A stretch of DNA of 64,000 nt. Source: an uncultured delta proteobacterium. GTDB lineage: Bacteria > Desulfobacterota > Binatia > UBA9968. The translations under genes and the position numbers were made by a program. The notes below the pieces were generated by a model. The model was not told where the DNA came from and made no database searches. It saw only the letters and a program-made list of their open reading frames with translations. Where the stretch lies: positions 192,001 through 256,000 of the forward strand of contig CAVSHR010000008.1 of NCBI GenBank assembly GCA_963727625.1, read 5' to 3'. This document shows positions 1-9,509 of this stretch, piece by piece. Numbering within the stretch: position 1 is the stretch's first letter; each line of letters begins with the position of its first letter.

Positions 1-120
1 ACCCAGTCAGCCGCCAGCTCGGTTGGAGAATCGACTACCAGCGCTGTCGTCAGCGGCATCATTCTGATCGCGATCACCGACGGGATTTTCTCGGTGGTCT
101 ATTACTACTTGGGGGTGTAG
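1..120 (+). CDS. mlaE: MlaE/Ttg2B-family ABC permease, C-terminal end (partial at window edge)
   Basis: Frame 1 reads ...SVGESTTSAVVSGIILIAITDGIFSVVYYYLGV*, the typical MlaE C-terminus. It abuts the ABC ATPase. Confidence 0.8.
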   Translation, partial: TQSAASSVGESTTSAVVSGIILIAITDGIFSVVYYYLGV

Positions 121-894
121 GTGGCGAACGAAGCGGAGCGCGAAGCGATCATCCGAGTGGAGAACTTCAGGGCCGCTTATAACGGCCTGGTTGTTCTCGA
201 TCGCATCAATTTCGACGTTTATGCCGGCGAGGTGTTTGCGATACTCGGCGGCTCGGGCTGCGGCAAGAGCACGCTGCTCAAGCACATGATCGGTCTCTAC
301 AAGCCGGCGGCGGGACGGATTCTCATTGACGGCGACGATATCTCGGCCGCCCACGGCGAGGAGCGCCTGAAGATCCTGAGAAAGTTCGGCGTGATGTATC
401 AAAGCGGCGCGCTGTTCGGTTCCATGACGCTGATCAAAAACGTCGCGCTGCCGCTGGAAGAATTCACCGACCTGCCGCCGGAAGCGATTCGCTTGATCGC
501 GCTGATGAAGCTCGAGCGCGTCGGCTTGGGCGGCGCGGCGGACCTTATGCCGGCGGAGCTCAGCGGCGGAATGCAAAAACGAGGTGCCATCGCGCGCGCC
601 ATGGCCCTCGACCCGCAAATCCTGTTTCTCGACGAATTGTCGGCCGGTCTCGATCCGGTCACCTCCGTCGAGCTGGATCAACTGGTCTTGAGCTTGGCGC
701 GCAGCCTGAAGATCACCTTCGTCGTGGTGACCCACGAGCTGCCGAGCATCTTCACGATTGCGGATCGGGTTGTTATGCTGGATAAGCAAGTGAAGGGAAT
801 CATCGCCATCGGCAGTCCACAGGAGCTGCGCGAGGGCAGCGCGGATCGGAGAGTCCGGCAGTTTTTCTCGCGGCAAGCTTTCAATGATGATTGA
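121..894 (+). CDS. mlaF: MlaF/Mkl-family ABC transporter ATP-binding protein
   Basis: Walker A GGSGCGKS, signature LSGGMQKR, Walker B ILFLDE, AGLDPVTS; lies between MlaE and an MCE gene. Confidence 0.85.
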   Translation: MANEAEREAIIRVENFRAAYNGLVVLDRINFDVYAGEVFAILGGSGCGKSTLLKHMIGLYKPAAGRILIDGDDISAAHGEERLKILRKFGVMYQSGALFGSMTLIKNVALPLEEFTDLPPEAIRLIALMKLERVGLGGAADLMPAELSGGMQKRGAIARAMALDPQILFLDELSAGLDPVTSVELDQLVLSLARSLKITFVVVTHELPSIFTIADRVVMLDKQVKGIIAIGSPQELREGSADRRVRQFFSRQAFNDD

Positions 895-925
895 ACGCTT
901 GGCGGTCTGCGTGGTTCATTGAGCC

Positions 926-1978
926 ATGGAAAAATTCAGCTACTTCAAGATCGGCGTATTCGTCATCAGTGCGGTGGTCATTGGCGTCATCGGCATCATC
1001 GTGCTCGGCGTGGGCACGATCTTTCAGAAGAAAACCATCGTCGAGACCTATATCGACGAGTCCGTCCAGGGCCTGGATGTCGGCTCTGCGATAAAGTTCC
1101 GCGGCGTACCCATCGGCACTGTGGAGCAGATTAGCCTCACCAGCGTCGAGTACCCAACCAAGCGCCGCTATGTGCTGGTGCGTGCCGCTTTGACTTCGAA
1201 AATTTTTCACTTGCCGACCGACGCAACGCCCGGCTTTCAAGCGGAAATCAACAAAGGATTGCGCGTGCGCCTTGCGGCGCAAGGCTTGACCGGGGTCGCA
1301 TATATAGAGGCGGACTACGTGGACCCGGCCCGTAATCCGCCGCTGGAAATCGATTGGCAGCCGGTTTATCCCTATGTGCCTTCGGCGCAAAGCCGGATCA
1401 CTCAGCTGAGCGAGTCGGTTGATCGGATTCTGCAAAAGATCGAGAAGGTCGATGTCGAGCGGTTGATGGATAGCCTCGACAACTCGCTTGGAACGCTCAC
1501 CAAGATGGCCGAAGGTGCGAATCTCGACAAGGTCGGCGCCCAGGTGACCGCCTTTCTCACCGAGGTGCGCGAGACCAACCGGCAGGTCAATGCCCTGGTC
1601 AGCAGCCCCGAGCTCAAGTTGGCGATTGCCGATGTCTCAGCGACGTCGCAGCGCGCGCGACAAATTGTCGAGCGCGCGGAAAAACCAATCAATCAGATGC
1701 TAGCCGATCTGCCGCGAGCGACAGAAGGCTTGAGCCGGCTGGTTAAACAAATGGATGCGGTAGCCAAAGATTTGCCTGAAACGAGCACGCAATTGCGCCA
1801 GACCATCCAGCGCATGAATCGTCTGATCTCAAGCCAGCAGCGCGACATCGAAAAAACCGTGGATAACCTGCGCGCGGTATCTGAGAATATGAAAGAGATC
1901 ACCGAGAGTTCGAAAAAATATCCCTCGCAGGTTTTGTTCGGCGCGCCGCCGCCGCCGTCGAAGGTCATGCAACGATGA
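926..1978 (+). CDS. MCE/MlaD-family protein with helical C-terminus
   Basis: N-terminal TM, ESVQGLDVGSAIKFRGVPIGTV MCE motif, QGLTG motif, long coiled-coil tail. Confidence 0.85.
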   Translation: MEKFSYFKIGVFVISAVVIGVIGIIVLGVGTIFQKKTIVETYIDESVQGLDVGSAIKFRGVPIGTVEQISLTSVEYPTKRRYVLVRAALTSKIFHLPTDATPGFQAEINKGLRVRLAAQGLTGVAYIEADYVDPARNPPLEIDWQPVYPYVPSAQSRITQLSESVDRILQKIEKVDVERLMDSLDNSLGTLTKMAEGANLDKVGAQVTAFLTEVRETNRQVNALVSSPELKLAIADVSATSQRARQIVERAEKPINQMLADLPRATEGLSRLVKQMDAVAKDLPETSTQLRQTIQRMNRLISSQQRDIEKTVDNLRAVSENMKEITESSKKYPSQVLFGAPPPPSKVMQR

Positions 1979-2595
1979 TGCGATTCACTCAAATGCTCCG
2001 GCACACCGTTTTGTTGTTCGCGATACTTGTCTCCGGCTGCGTGACTTTGGAGCGGAGCTATCCGGACAAGCGTTACTTCGTGATCGAGATCCGCGAGGCC
2101 GCCAAAACGCCGGCCGCGCAAAGCGATCGAGTGTTGTTGGTTTCCAACCTGCATATTTCGCCGCGCTACGCCGGCACGGCGTTTGTTTATCGGACCTCGG
2201 ATACGGCGTACGAATCGGATTTCTACAACCAGTTTCTCTCCGCGCCAGGAACGATGATCAGCGAGGAACTGCGCAAAGGTCTGGCGGCCCAGTCGGCCTT
2301 CAAATACATTATAGGCCCGTCCAGCGAGCTCACGGCGAACTATGTGTTGGAAGGCTCCGCCAACGCGCTCTATGGCGACTTTCGCGATCTCAACAAGCCG
2401 GCGGCGGTCTTGGAGATCGAATTTTTCCTGCGCAATCAAGATCCTGAAAAGTCCGGTATCGTCCTGCATCGACGCTACACGAAATCAGTCGCCATCGGCC
2501 GGCGCTCTCCCGACGCGCTCGCCACCGGATGGAACCAGGCGCTGGAAGCCATCGTCAGCATGTTGGTCGCCGATCTGGGCAAAACCAAGCTGTAA
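1975..2595 (+). CDS. ABC-type transport auxiliary lipoprotein (PqiC-like)
   Basis: Lipobox LVSGC; last gene of the MCE operon; ATGA overlap with the MCE gene. Confidence 0.75.
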   Translation: MMRFTQMLRHTVLLFAILVSGCVTLERSYPDKRYFVIEIREAAKTPAAQSDRVLLVSNLHISPRYAGTAFVYRTSDTAYESDFYNQFLSAPGTMISEELRKGLAAQSAFKYIIGPSSELTANYVLEGSANALYGDFRDLNKPAAVLEIEFFLRNQDPEKSGIVLHRRYTKSVAIGRRSPDALATGWNQALEAIVSMLVADLGKTKL

Positions 2596-2647
2596 TCTAA
2601 TAAAGCTTTGCGCGGGTCGCAGGAAACCTCCTCGCGGTCAACAATAG

Positions 2648-2670
2648 GGGTCGGTAGCGTGGGCCGACCC
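2648..2670. terminator. GC-rich hairpin downstream of the MCE operon
   Basis: GGGTCGG...CCGACCC inverted repeat without a poly-T tail; function uncertain. Confidence 0.3.
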
Positions 2671-2720
2671 TGATGTGCTTCCCGTTCACGCTCATTCCCC
2701 GTGCAACCAAATGATTGGGC

Positions 2721-2753
2721 TAAGACTGAATTTAGACTATATTTAGACTAACT
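2721..2753 (+). promoter_or_regulatory. Putative TA operator: three 11-bp direct repeats
   Basis: TAAGACTGAAT / TTAGACTATAT / TTAGACTAACT immediately upstream of the antitoxin RBS (AGGAGG). Confidence 0.5.
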
Positions 2754-2770
2754 GTCAGGAGGTGCCTTCG

Positions 2771-3046
2771 ATGAAATTATCGGACCAAATCAAGCCCATC
2801 AGTTATTTGAAAGCCAATACCGCGGAGTTATTGCGCCGAATGGCCGAGCGGCGCGAACCGCTCGTGATTACTCAGAACGGCGTCGCCACGGCGGTCATCC
2901 AAGACGTCGCATCCTATGAACAAAACCAAGAAACCATGGCGCTACTGAAAATTCTCGCCTTGGGAAACCGCCAGATAGACGAGAGTAAAGTTGCGCCGGC
3001 GCACGCAGTCATCAAACGGCTGCGAGCGGCGAAGGCACGTGACTGA
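2771..3046 (+). CDS. Type II antitoxin, Phd/YefM family
   Basis: IKPISYLKANTAE...PLVITQNG signature; RBS AGGAGG; TGATG overlap with the toxin. Confidence 0.85.
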   Translation: MKLSDQIKPISYLKANTAELLRRMAERREPLVITQNGVATAVIQDVASYEQNQETMALLKILALGNRQIDESKVAPAHAVIKRLRAAKARD

Positions 3047-3372
3047 TGCGCGTCGAGGTGCTGCTAACCGAGAACGCGAACCACGATCTCGAAGAGATCT
3101 ACAACTACATTGCTGAACATGACTCTTTAGGCAGCGCCGAGAACCTGCCTAACCGCATTGCCGATGTGTTCGGGAGCCTCGGCAACCATCCGGACCGCGG
3201 CTCTTACCCCAAAGAGCTTTCCGCGTTGGGCATCCGCGAATATCGGCAGGTATTCTTCAAGCCCTATCGAATCATCTACCGCGTCGTCGCGAAACGAGTG
3301 TACGTCTATCTGATCGCGGATGGCGGACGAGATTTTCAGTCACTTCTAGCTCGACGCCTGTTGAGATCTTGA
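3046..3372 (+). CDS. Type II toxin, RelE/ParE family
   Basis: ANHDLEEIYNYIA...YRIIYRV...VYLIADG pattern; translationally coupled to the Phd antitoxin. Confidence 0.85.
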   Translation: MRVEVLLTENANHDLEEIYNYIAEHDSLGSAENLPNRIADVFGSLGNHPDRGSYPKELSALGIREYRQVFFKPYRIIYRVVAKRVYVYLIADGGRDFQSLLARRLLRS

Positions 3373-3638
3373 CCGTCTGGCGCTGGGCGACGTTGCGCAG
3401 CGGATCACTATGTTAGGTACGTTTCGCGCACCGTGCGATATCTACTCGGCGAAAAACGGGGCCCAGAATAACGACCCATAGCATGCCGTTAACTCCCAAC
3501 TTAACCGGCGACTTTGATTACTGGGTATCCACGCCCTCTCCGCCGCGCAAACACCAGCTTGTATGTGGCGAATCGTAGCAGCGGATTTCGCCCGCAGTGA
3601 GACGGAAGCCGGGGCATCTTCACCGTGCTGCAAAACCC

Positions 3639-6044
3639 TCATTCAGCTGGCCGCACGCGGCAGAGATAAGATCGGTGCGGCAGCGAGCCGCTCACCGGGT
3701 CGGTGAGGTCGGTGCCGATCAAGGTCGCGGGATTGGCGCCGCTTGAATTGTAGGGATCGTATCCAGGCAGTTCCATTTCCTTGCACTCCTGCCACCAGCC
3801 ATGTTGGCAGCAGACCACTCCGGGAATGATATTGGTCGTCACGTGCGCTTTGACGCGGATCGCGCCGCGCGGGCTTTCGACGATCATCCATTCTTTATTT
3901 TTTATACCGTAACGCAGCGCGGTTTCCGGATGAATATCGGCGCCGGGTTCGGGGGCGGTTTTGCGCAGACTCGGCAGTGCGCGCTGCTGGCTATGCACGA
4001 AGTTGGTGATCTTCGCATTGGTCAAAACCAGCGGAAAATCGGCTGCGAGATCGGGACGGCTGATTGGACTAATAGCGGGCTCGATATATTCCGGCATGGC
4101 GGGAACGCCATTGGCGGCGAAAGTGTGTGAGTAAAGCTCGACTCGCTTGGACGGCGTGGCGAAGCCGCGGTGAATTTTACCCGTATTCGCTCTTGTATGT
4201 TTTTCGTATGTGGGCTCCGCTGGCACGGATAGGCCGCCGGGAGAATTTTTCAGCTGTTCGAGCGTGATGCCGCTCGGCTTGAGCTCGTAATCATACGCCG
4301 CTTCAATGTCGCCCTGCCAAAATTTATCGCCGAAACCAAGACGCTTGGCCAGTTCGAAAATAATCCAGGTATCGGAGCGGCGCTCGGCCAGCGGCTCGAC
4401 CGCGGCGGCGCGATATTGCAGATGAGTCTTGCCTTGGCGGCGGTGCTCAAAGGCGGGAGTGACATTCGCCATCTCAAGAAAGCTGGTCGCTGGCAGGACA
4501 TAGTCGCAAAGCTCGGCAGTGGGTGTCATGAAGAGATCGGCGGCGACGGCGAATTCCAATTTTTTCATCGCTTCGCGGCCCATGCGTGGATCGGCATTGG
4601 ACATGATCGTGTTCGAACCGAAGTTCAACAGCGCCTTGACCGGATACGGGCTCTCTTCAAGGACCGCGGTAAAAACATCGTAGGCGGCGCAGTTGCCGGG
4701 CTTGGCCGGCGGGCCGAGTGGCTTGCGCTCGCGGCCGATGCGCAGGGCGGCCATTTCTTTCGGCAGGAATCCTTTGCCGTCGACTTCGTTTACCGATGCC
4801 TTGGGAAAAATCACGTTGCCGCCGGGGCGGTCGAAGTCGCCGAGCAGGGCGTAAAGTGACGCGACCGCGCGGCTGGTCTGCGTCGCGTTGGTATGTTGTC
4901 CGAGACCGTTCCACATGTACATGCTGACCGGCCGGTTGTGCGCCAAAAGCAGCGCGGTCTGCCAGATCTTATCGGCCGCCACCCAGTGAATTTTTTCCGA
5001 ACGCTCCGGCGCGAAGGGTGCGGCGATCTCGCCGAGGCGCTCGAACACCGGCTTGCAGAAAATGTCTCTGCCGTTTTTTCCCTTGAGTGTGCGCACGCCG
5101 AACAACGCCGGCATCACGCCGTCGCGGTCGTAGGCGAGCGTGGCCGGATCGTAAATCGCCGGGCGCTGGCTAGTTTCATCCCAGACGACGTAACGATTTG
5201 CCGCGCCATCGGATGAAAGATCAGCTTCGCTGACGACGCGATCCGATTCACTGTCGAACAGAAAAACTCCGTTGGTCCAGCGGCGCGCGAAACCGGCGTC
5301 GTACCATCCTTCGTCCATGAAACAGTGAATCAATGCCAGCGCCAGAGCGCCGTCGGTTCCGGGACGCGGCTGCAAGAGCAGATCCGCCTGGGCGCCGATG
5401 CCGACGCGGCGCGGATCGATGACGACGGTCTTCATGCCGCGAGTGCGCGCCTGGACGATGTCGTGGGCGAGAATGAGCGAAGTCGAGCTCGGATTGTGGC
5501 CCCAGAGGAGAAAAGCTTTGCTGTTTGCCAGATCGGGCGTAGGCAAGTTCGCGCCGAAGGTGTAGCTGAAGCCGGTGTCCTTGTGCCAATTGCACACATG
5601 GGTCGTTGAGACCCAGTTCGGGCTGCCGATGAGGTAGAGTAAGCGGCCGAGCCAGCGCTCGGCATCGTCCACCGAGGTGCCGCTTCTCGTGCCCTTGGCA
5701 AGGGCGATGGCTTTGGCGCCGTGCTGATTACGTATTTCTAAAATTCGCCGGGCGATGTCGTCGAGCGCTTCCTCCCAACTGACCCGCTGCCAGCCGGGAT
5801 CGGCGTCGCCCTTGGGACGCGTGCGCTTGAGCGGATGGTTAAGCCGGTCGGGATTGTAGACCAACTCCGGTGCGGCTTTGCCCTTGAGGCAAATGACGCC
5901 GCCGTTGGGATGATCGTGATCGGGATCGAGCCGGGTGACACGGTTGTTCTCAACCGTCGCGATTGTCGCGCAGTGGGCGGTGCAGAGGGCGCAGTAGCCG
6001 CGCATTTCTTTAACTTCGCTCGTGCTTTCTGCTGGCTGCGACAT
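3639..6044 (-). CDS. Molybdopterin-dependent oxidoreductase (DMSO reductase superfamily)
   Basis: N-terminal CxxCxxxC...C-x-K 4Fe-4S motif, RVSWEEALD, PRPGTDGALAL, C-terminal molybdopterin-binding domain (IHPETA); no Tat signal. Confidence 0.9.
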   Translation of the reverse strand: MSQPAESTSEVKEMRGYCALCTAHCATIATVENNRVTRLDPDHDHPNGGVICLKGKAAPELVYNPDRLNHPLKRTRPKGDADPGWQRVSWEEALDDIARRILEIRNQHGAKAIALAKGTRSGTSVDDAERWLGRLLYLIGSPNWVSTTHVCNWHKDTGFSYTFGANLPTPDLANSKAFLLWGHNPSSTSLILAHDIVQARTRGMKTVVIDPRRVGIGAQADLLLQPRPGTDGALALALIHCFMDEGWYDAGFARRWTNGVFLFDSESDRVVSEADLSSDGAANRYVVWDETSQRPAIYDPATLAYDRDGVMPALFGVRTLKGKNGRDIFCKPVFERLGEIAAPFAPERSEKIHWVAADKIWQTALLLAHNRPVSMYMWNGLGQHTNATQTSRAVASLYALLGDFDRPGGNVIFPKASVNEVDGKGFLPKEMAALRIGRERKPLGPPAKPGNCAAYDVFTAVLEESPYPVKALLNFGSNTIMSNADPRMGREAMKKLEFAVAADLFMTPTAELCDYVLPATSFLEMANVTPAFEHRRQGKTHLQYRAAAVEPLAERRSDTWIIFELAKRLGFGDKFWQGDIEAAYDYELKPSGITLEQLKNSPGGLSVPAEPTYEKHTRANTGKIHRGFATPSKRVELYSHTFAANGVPAMPEYIEPAISPISRPDLAADFPLVLTNAKITNFVHSQQRALPSLRKTAPEPGADIHPETALRYGIKNKEWMIVESPRGAIRVKAHVTTNIIPGVVCCQHGWWQECKEMELPGYDPYNSSGANPATLIGTDLTDPVSGSLPHRSYLCRVRPAE

Positions 6045-6076
6045 CAGAGATTTCTCTCCATCGCGTGATCGATGCG

Positions 6077-6158
6077 CCGTTCAAATGTTTAAGAGTTCAA
6101 GGGTTCAACGACGGACTCCAGACCCTTTGAGCTTTTTTAACGGTTGAACCTTGAACGG
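6077..6158. repeat. Intergenic imperfect palindrome built from GTTCAA/TTGAAC units (REP-like)
   Basis: CCGTTCAA...GTTCAAGGGTTCAAC on the left arm mirrored by GTTGAACCTTGAACGG on the right arm. Confidence 0.6.
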
Positions 6159-6168
6159 TAGTTAAATC

Positions 6169-7650
6169 TCAATCCAACTCCGGACGATTCGGTTTGCCGA
6201 TAAAGCCCGGACCGAAGCCGGCTTCGTTGGCGGCCCAGGCGCCGGCGACGCGGCCGCTGAAGACCGACGGGCCGAGCATGGTTCCTTCCAATCCGGCTTT
6301 GCCGTTGATATGGCCGCCGGCCATGCCGGAAACTTCGCCGGCGGCGTACAAACCGGGGATGGGCTCGAAGTATTTATTGAGCACGCGGCAGCGCAAGTCG
6401 GTCTTCACACCGCCGAAATTTTTCCGCGCCAGCGGAAAAATCTGGATCGCATAATAGGGCGGCGTGTCGAATTTCTTTGAAACTTTCAGCGATTTGCCGA
6501 ACTTCGGTTCTTTCTCCAGGCCGGCGTCGAAGCATTCGTTGTAGGCGGCGATTTCAGCAAGAAAGTTGTTCTGATCCTCGACGCCGGTTTTTTGCGCCAG
6601 TTCTACAAGCGAGTCGGCCTTTTTTATGTAAGGCGAATTATCCAAAAGTTCTTCAACCTTGGCGCGGTCGATAACCTCGCCACGGCGATAGTAGGGATCG
6701 GCGACGTCGATCTTGGCCAGCATCGGCGTGTCGGCGATCGCCCAGGCATGCGGCGGGTTCTGCGCCAAAAGCGCGGGCGAGGCGGAGGCGCCGCCGGTGA
6801 GTGATTCATTGTGAAAGCGCCGGCCCTGCTGGTTGAACCAGAGGTAACCGGGCACCATGCGAAACACCAAGCCGCGCCGCTTTTGCGGATCGCGGTAGTC
6901 CGGGGTGGCGTAGACGTAAAACCAGATATGATCCATGTGGGTGAAATAGCCGCCGATCGCTTTGATCAGCTTGTGGCCTTCACCCTTGGCGCCGAAACCG
7001 GAACCCTCCATCACTTTGAATTGTTTAAACTCCGGCCGATGCTCCAAAATCATATCCAAATTGGAGTTAAAACCGCCGGTGGCGACGACGACGGTTTTGC
7101 TACGGATTGCCAAATCTTCGCCGTTCCGCGTTGCGGTCATGCCGCAGACTCGGCCGGTTTGCGTCAGCAGCTTGCCCGCTTTGGTAGAGGTCATGATTGT
7201 GACGTTGGGAAGCAATTGCGCGGTTTTGATCAACGCGGTCATCAAGCCCAGGCCGTTATTGTTTGGCCGATGCCAACGCAGGACTCGGTTGCCCTCCTGA
7301 AACTTCATGTCGACCCACTTGGCGCCGCAGCTCTCGGCCCAATGATAGAGATCGTGCAAGGAATGCTCGAGATAATAGCGCGCCCACACTTCGTCGGCCG
7401 CGCCGCCGCCCCATTTGACCCAATCTTCGAAAGCCTGGTCCGGGGTATCCTCGATGCCTTGGGCTTTTTGCAACGGTGTGCCGACGATGCAACAGCCGCC
7501 GCCGGAGATCGCCGCCGTTCCGCCGCAATCGGCCGCGCCTTCCAAGACGACAGCCTTGCCGCCGGCGCGCGCCACTTCGATCGCCGCGGGGATGCCCGCG
7601 CCGCCGCCGCCAATGATCGCCACATCGGTTTCAATCTTCGCATTCGCCAT
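6169..7650 (-). CDS. FAD-dependent oxidoreductase (FAD_binding_2; fumarate reductase / 3-ketosteroid dehydrogenase-like)
   Basis: IIGGGGAG Rossmann motif, GGTAAISGG, VVVATGGF, PIPGLYAAGE, SGRVAG. Confidence 0.85.
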   Translation of the reverse strand: MANAKIETDVAIIGGGGAGIPAAIEVARAGGKAVVLEGAADCGGTAAISGGGCCIVGTPLQKAQGIEDTPDQAFEDWVKWGGGAADEVWARYYLEHSLHDLYHWAESCGAKWVDMKFQEGNRVLRWHRPNNNGLGLMTALIKTAQLLPNVTIMTSTKAGKLLTQTGRVCGMTATRNGEDLAIRSKTVVVATGGFNSNLDMILEHRPEFKQFKVMEGSGFGAKGEGHKLIKAIGGYFTHMDHIWFYVYATPDYRDPQKRRGLVFRMVPGYLWFNQQGRRFHNESLTGGASASPALLAQNPPHAWAIADTPMLAKIDVADPYYRRGEVIDRAKVEELLDNSPYIKKADSLVELAQKTGVEDQNNFLAEIAAYNECFDAGLEKEPKFGKSLKVSKKFDTPPYYAIQIFPLARKNFGGVKTDLRCRVLNKYFEPIPGLYAAGEVSGMAGGHINGKAGLEGTMLGPSVFSGRVAGAWAANEAGFGPGFIGKPNRPELD

Positions 7651-8030
7651 GAGCCGCTCCTTCAATTCATGCCGGTTTATGCTCGACGATTTATCACCCT
7701 TGTCAATGCACGGTCAAATCAACGCGGATCGCGCGGCGACGACAGTCCTTTCGCGTGGCTCGCGACCTTCCGCTTAGAATAAATCAATAAACTGCGCTAA
7801 CCGTAATCTTAGATAGTCCATCGATTGACGGCGAAAGGTCAAGATTGCAGCCGATGAACAGTATCTCACGGGTGTGGTCTTGACCCGGCGCGGTCGGATT
7901 TTTACAATACAAAGCGCGGCGCATTTCTTACAATGGCGACATGCAAATTCATTATTTGTTTTTCATCCCGAATTGATTTGCCCACAGCCGAGCTGGACCT
8001 CGTCGGGAGCAGCCGTGGGTCAAAAAGCAA

Positions 8031-9467
8031 ATGACGGACATCTTTTTAAGCTACGCTAACGAAGATCGCGATACTGCAGCGCGATTGGCGGCCCATCTCG
8101 AGTCGATCGGCTGGCGCGTCTGGTGGGATCGGCGTATTCCGGCGGGGCGGACCTGGCGCGTGATTTTGGAGAATGCGCTCACCGAGATGCGCTGCATGAT
8201 CGTGCTCTGGTCGAAACATTCGGTCGAGAGCCCTTGGGTTGCGGAAGAGGCCGAAGAAGCGCGGCGGCTCGGCAAGACGCTGGTGCCTGTGCTGATCGAG
8301 CGAGTCGAGCCGCCGATAGGATTTCGCGCCATACAGGCAGCCGATCTTTCCCATTGGGACGGTTCAGCCGACGATCCGACCGTTCAGATGCTCGTTACCG
8401 ACTTGAAGTCTTTGCTTGGCGCGCCGCGCGAACAGCCTCACGACCGGCGCGAATTTGTCGCGCCGCACTCCAAAGATTCGTGGCGCACAGAATGGTTGAC
8501 ACGCCATTGGTCGAAGCTTTCAGTGGGGGGAGCGGCGCTGCTAGTTATCTTTGCGCTCTGGCAGTATGGAGCGCTACTCAAACCCGACTCCGGTCCAGCG
8601 GTGACGGCAGTGAACGAGGAGCGCGCGGAAGCTACTCTGGCGCCGCAGTTAACCGGTGTGTCGTTGCACGGCTCGCGACAAATTCTCAAACCCGCGGAGA
8701 CTCTTAAACTCACCGTTACGGGAAAATATTCCGATGGCTCCGAGAGTGAAGTCAAGGACGGTATTGAGTGGTCGAGCAGCGACACTCGCGTCGCTGCTGT
8801 CGACGAAGACGGCGAGGTGCGAGCCCTGCAAAGCGGCACGACCCATATCGTGGCAAAAATCGGTGCGGTGGCGAGCTCCACATGGACGCTCGACGTCGAA
8901 GCGGTGAAACCGACCGTCAAAGCGGCGGCGCCGCAGCTGGTTGGCCTCAAAATCATCTCGAACAAAAATGAGCTCAGCGAAAATGAAAAAATCCGGTTGC
9001 GGGCAACCGGGCGATATTCGGACGACAGCGAGAAGGATGTCTCCAGCGAAATCACTTGGAAGAGTAGCAATCGCGCGGTCGCGTCGGTCAATGGCAGCGG
9101 AGAGCTGCAGGGCTTAAAGCCGGGAAATGTTGAAGTGGTGGCGCGAATGCAAAAACTGGCGAGCGCGCCGCGGACTTTCATGGTCAAGGAGCCGCCGGGT
9201 GGAGTAGCCCCACAAACGAAATCGCTGAAGGCCATACCGCTACCGGTTCAGCCAGCGGTGCTCACGGAACAAGCGAAAACCAAGATCGCGGACCGATTGA
9301 ATCGCGCTCAAAATTACCGCGAACAGGGAAATTACGCGGCCGCATTGGCTGAGCTGGAGCAGGCGAAAATCATCGACGGCACGAACGCGGAAATCCGTGA
9401 GGCCATCGAGCAAACCAAACGGGCGTGCAATGCGGAAAGGGCGCTCGGCAATAAAGTGACTTGTTAG
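8031..9467 (+). CDS. TIR-domain membrane protein with two Ig-like (Big_2) domains and a C-terminal TPR-like helix pair
   Basis: DIFLSYA...VWWDRRI...SPWVAEEA (TIR_2); TM segment GGAALLVIFALWQYG; two repeats of G.YSD.S...I.W.SS...VA.V...G (Big_2). Confidence 0.8.
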   Translation: MTDIFLSYANEDRDTAARLAAHLESIGWRVWWDRRIPAGRTWRVILENALTEMRCMIVLWSKHSVESPWVAEEAEEARRLGKTLVPVLIERVEPPIGFRAIQAADLSHWDGSADDPTVQMLVTDLKSLLGAPREQPHDRREFVAPHSKDSWRTEWLTRHWSKLSVGGAALLVIFALWQYGALLKPDSGPAVTAVNEERAEATLAPQLTGVSLHGSRQILKPAETLKLTVTGKYSDGSESEVKDGIEWSSSDTRVAAVDEDGEVRALQSGTTHIVAKIGAVASSTWTLDVEAVKPTVKAAAPQLVGLKIISNKNELSENEKIRLRATGRYSDDSEKDVSSEITWKSSNRAVASVNGSGELQGLKPGNVEVVARMQKLASAPRTFMVKEPPGGVAPQTKSLKAIPLPVQPAVLTEQAKTKIADRLNRAQNYREQGNYAAALAELEQAKIIDGTNAEIREAIEQTKRACNAERALGNKVTC

Positions 9468-9509
9468 GGTTATGCAGAACTATCGCTGGGAGGATGAGGC
9501 CTGTCGATT

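Noticed and set aside
3366-3418. attC site after the TA module (GTTAGGT)
   Set aside because: No matching RYYYAAC inverse core or clear stem.
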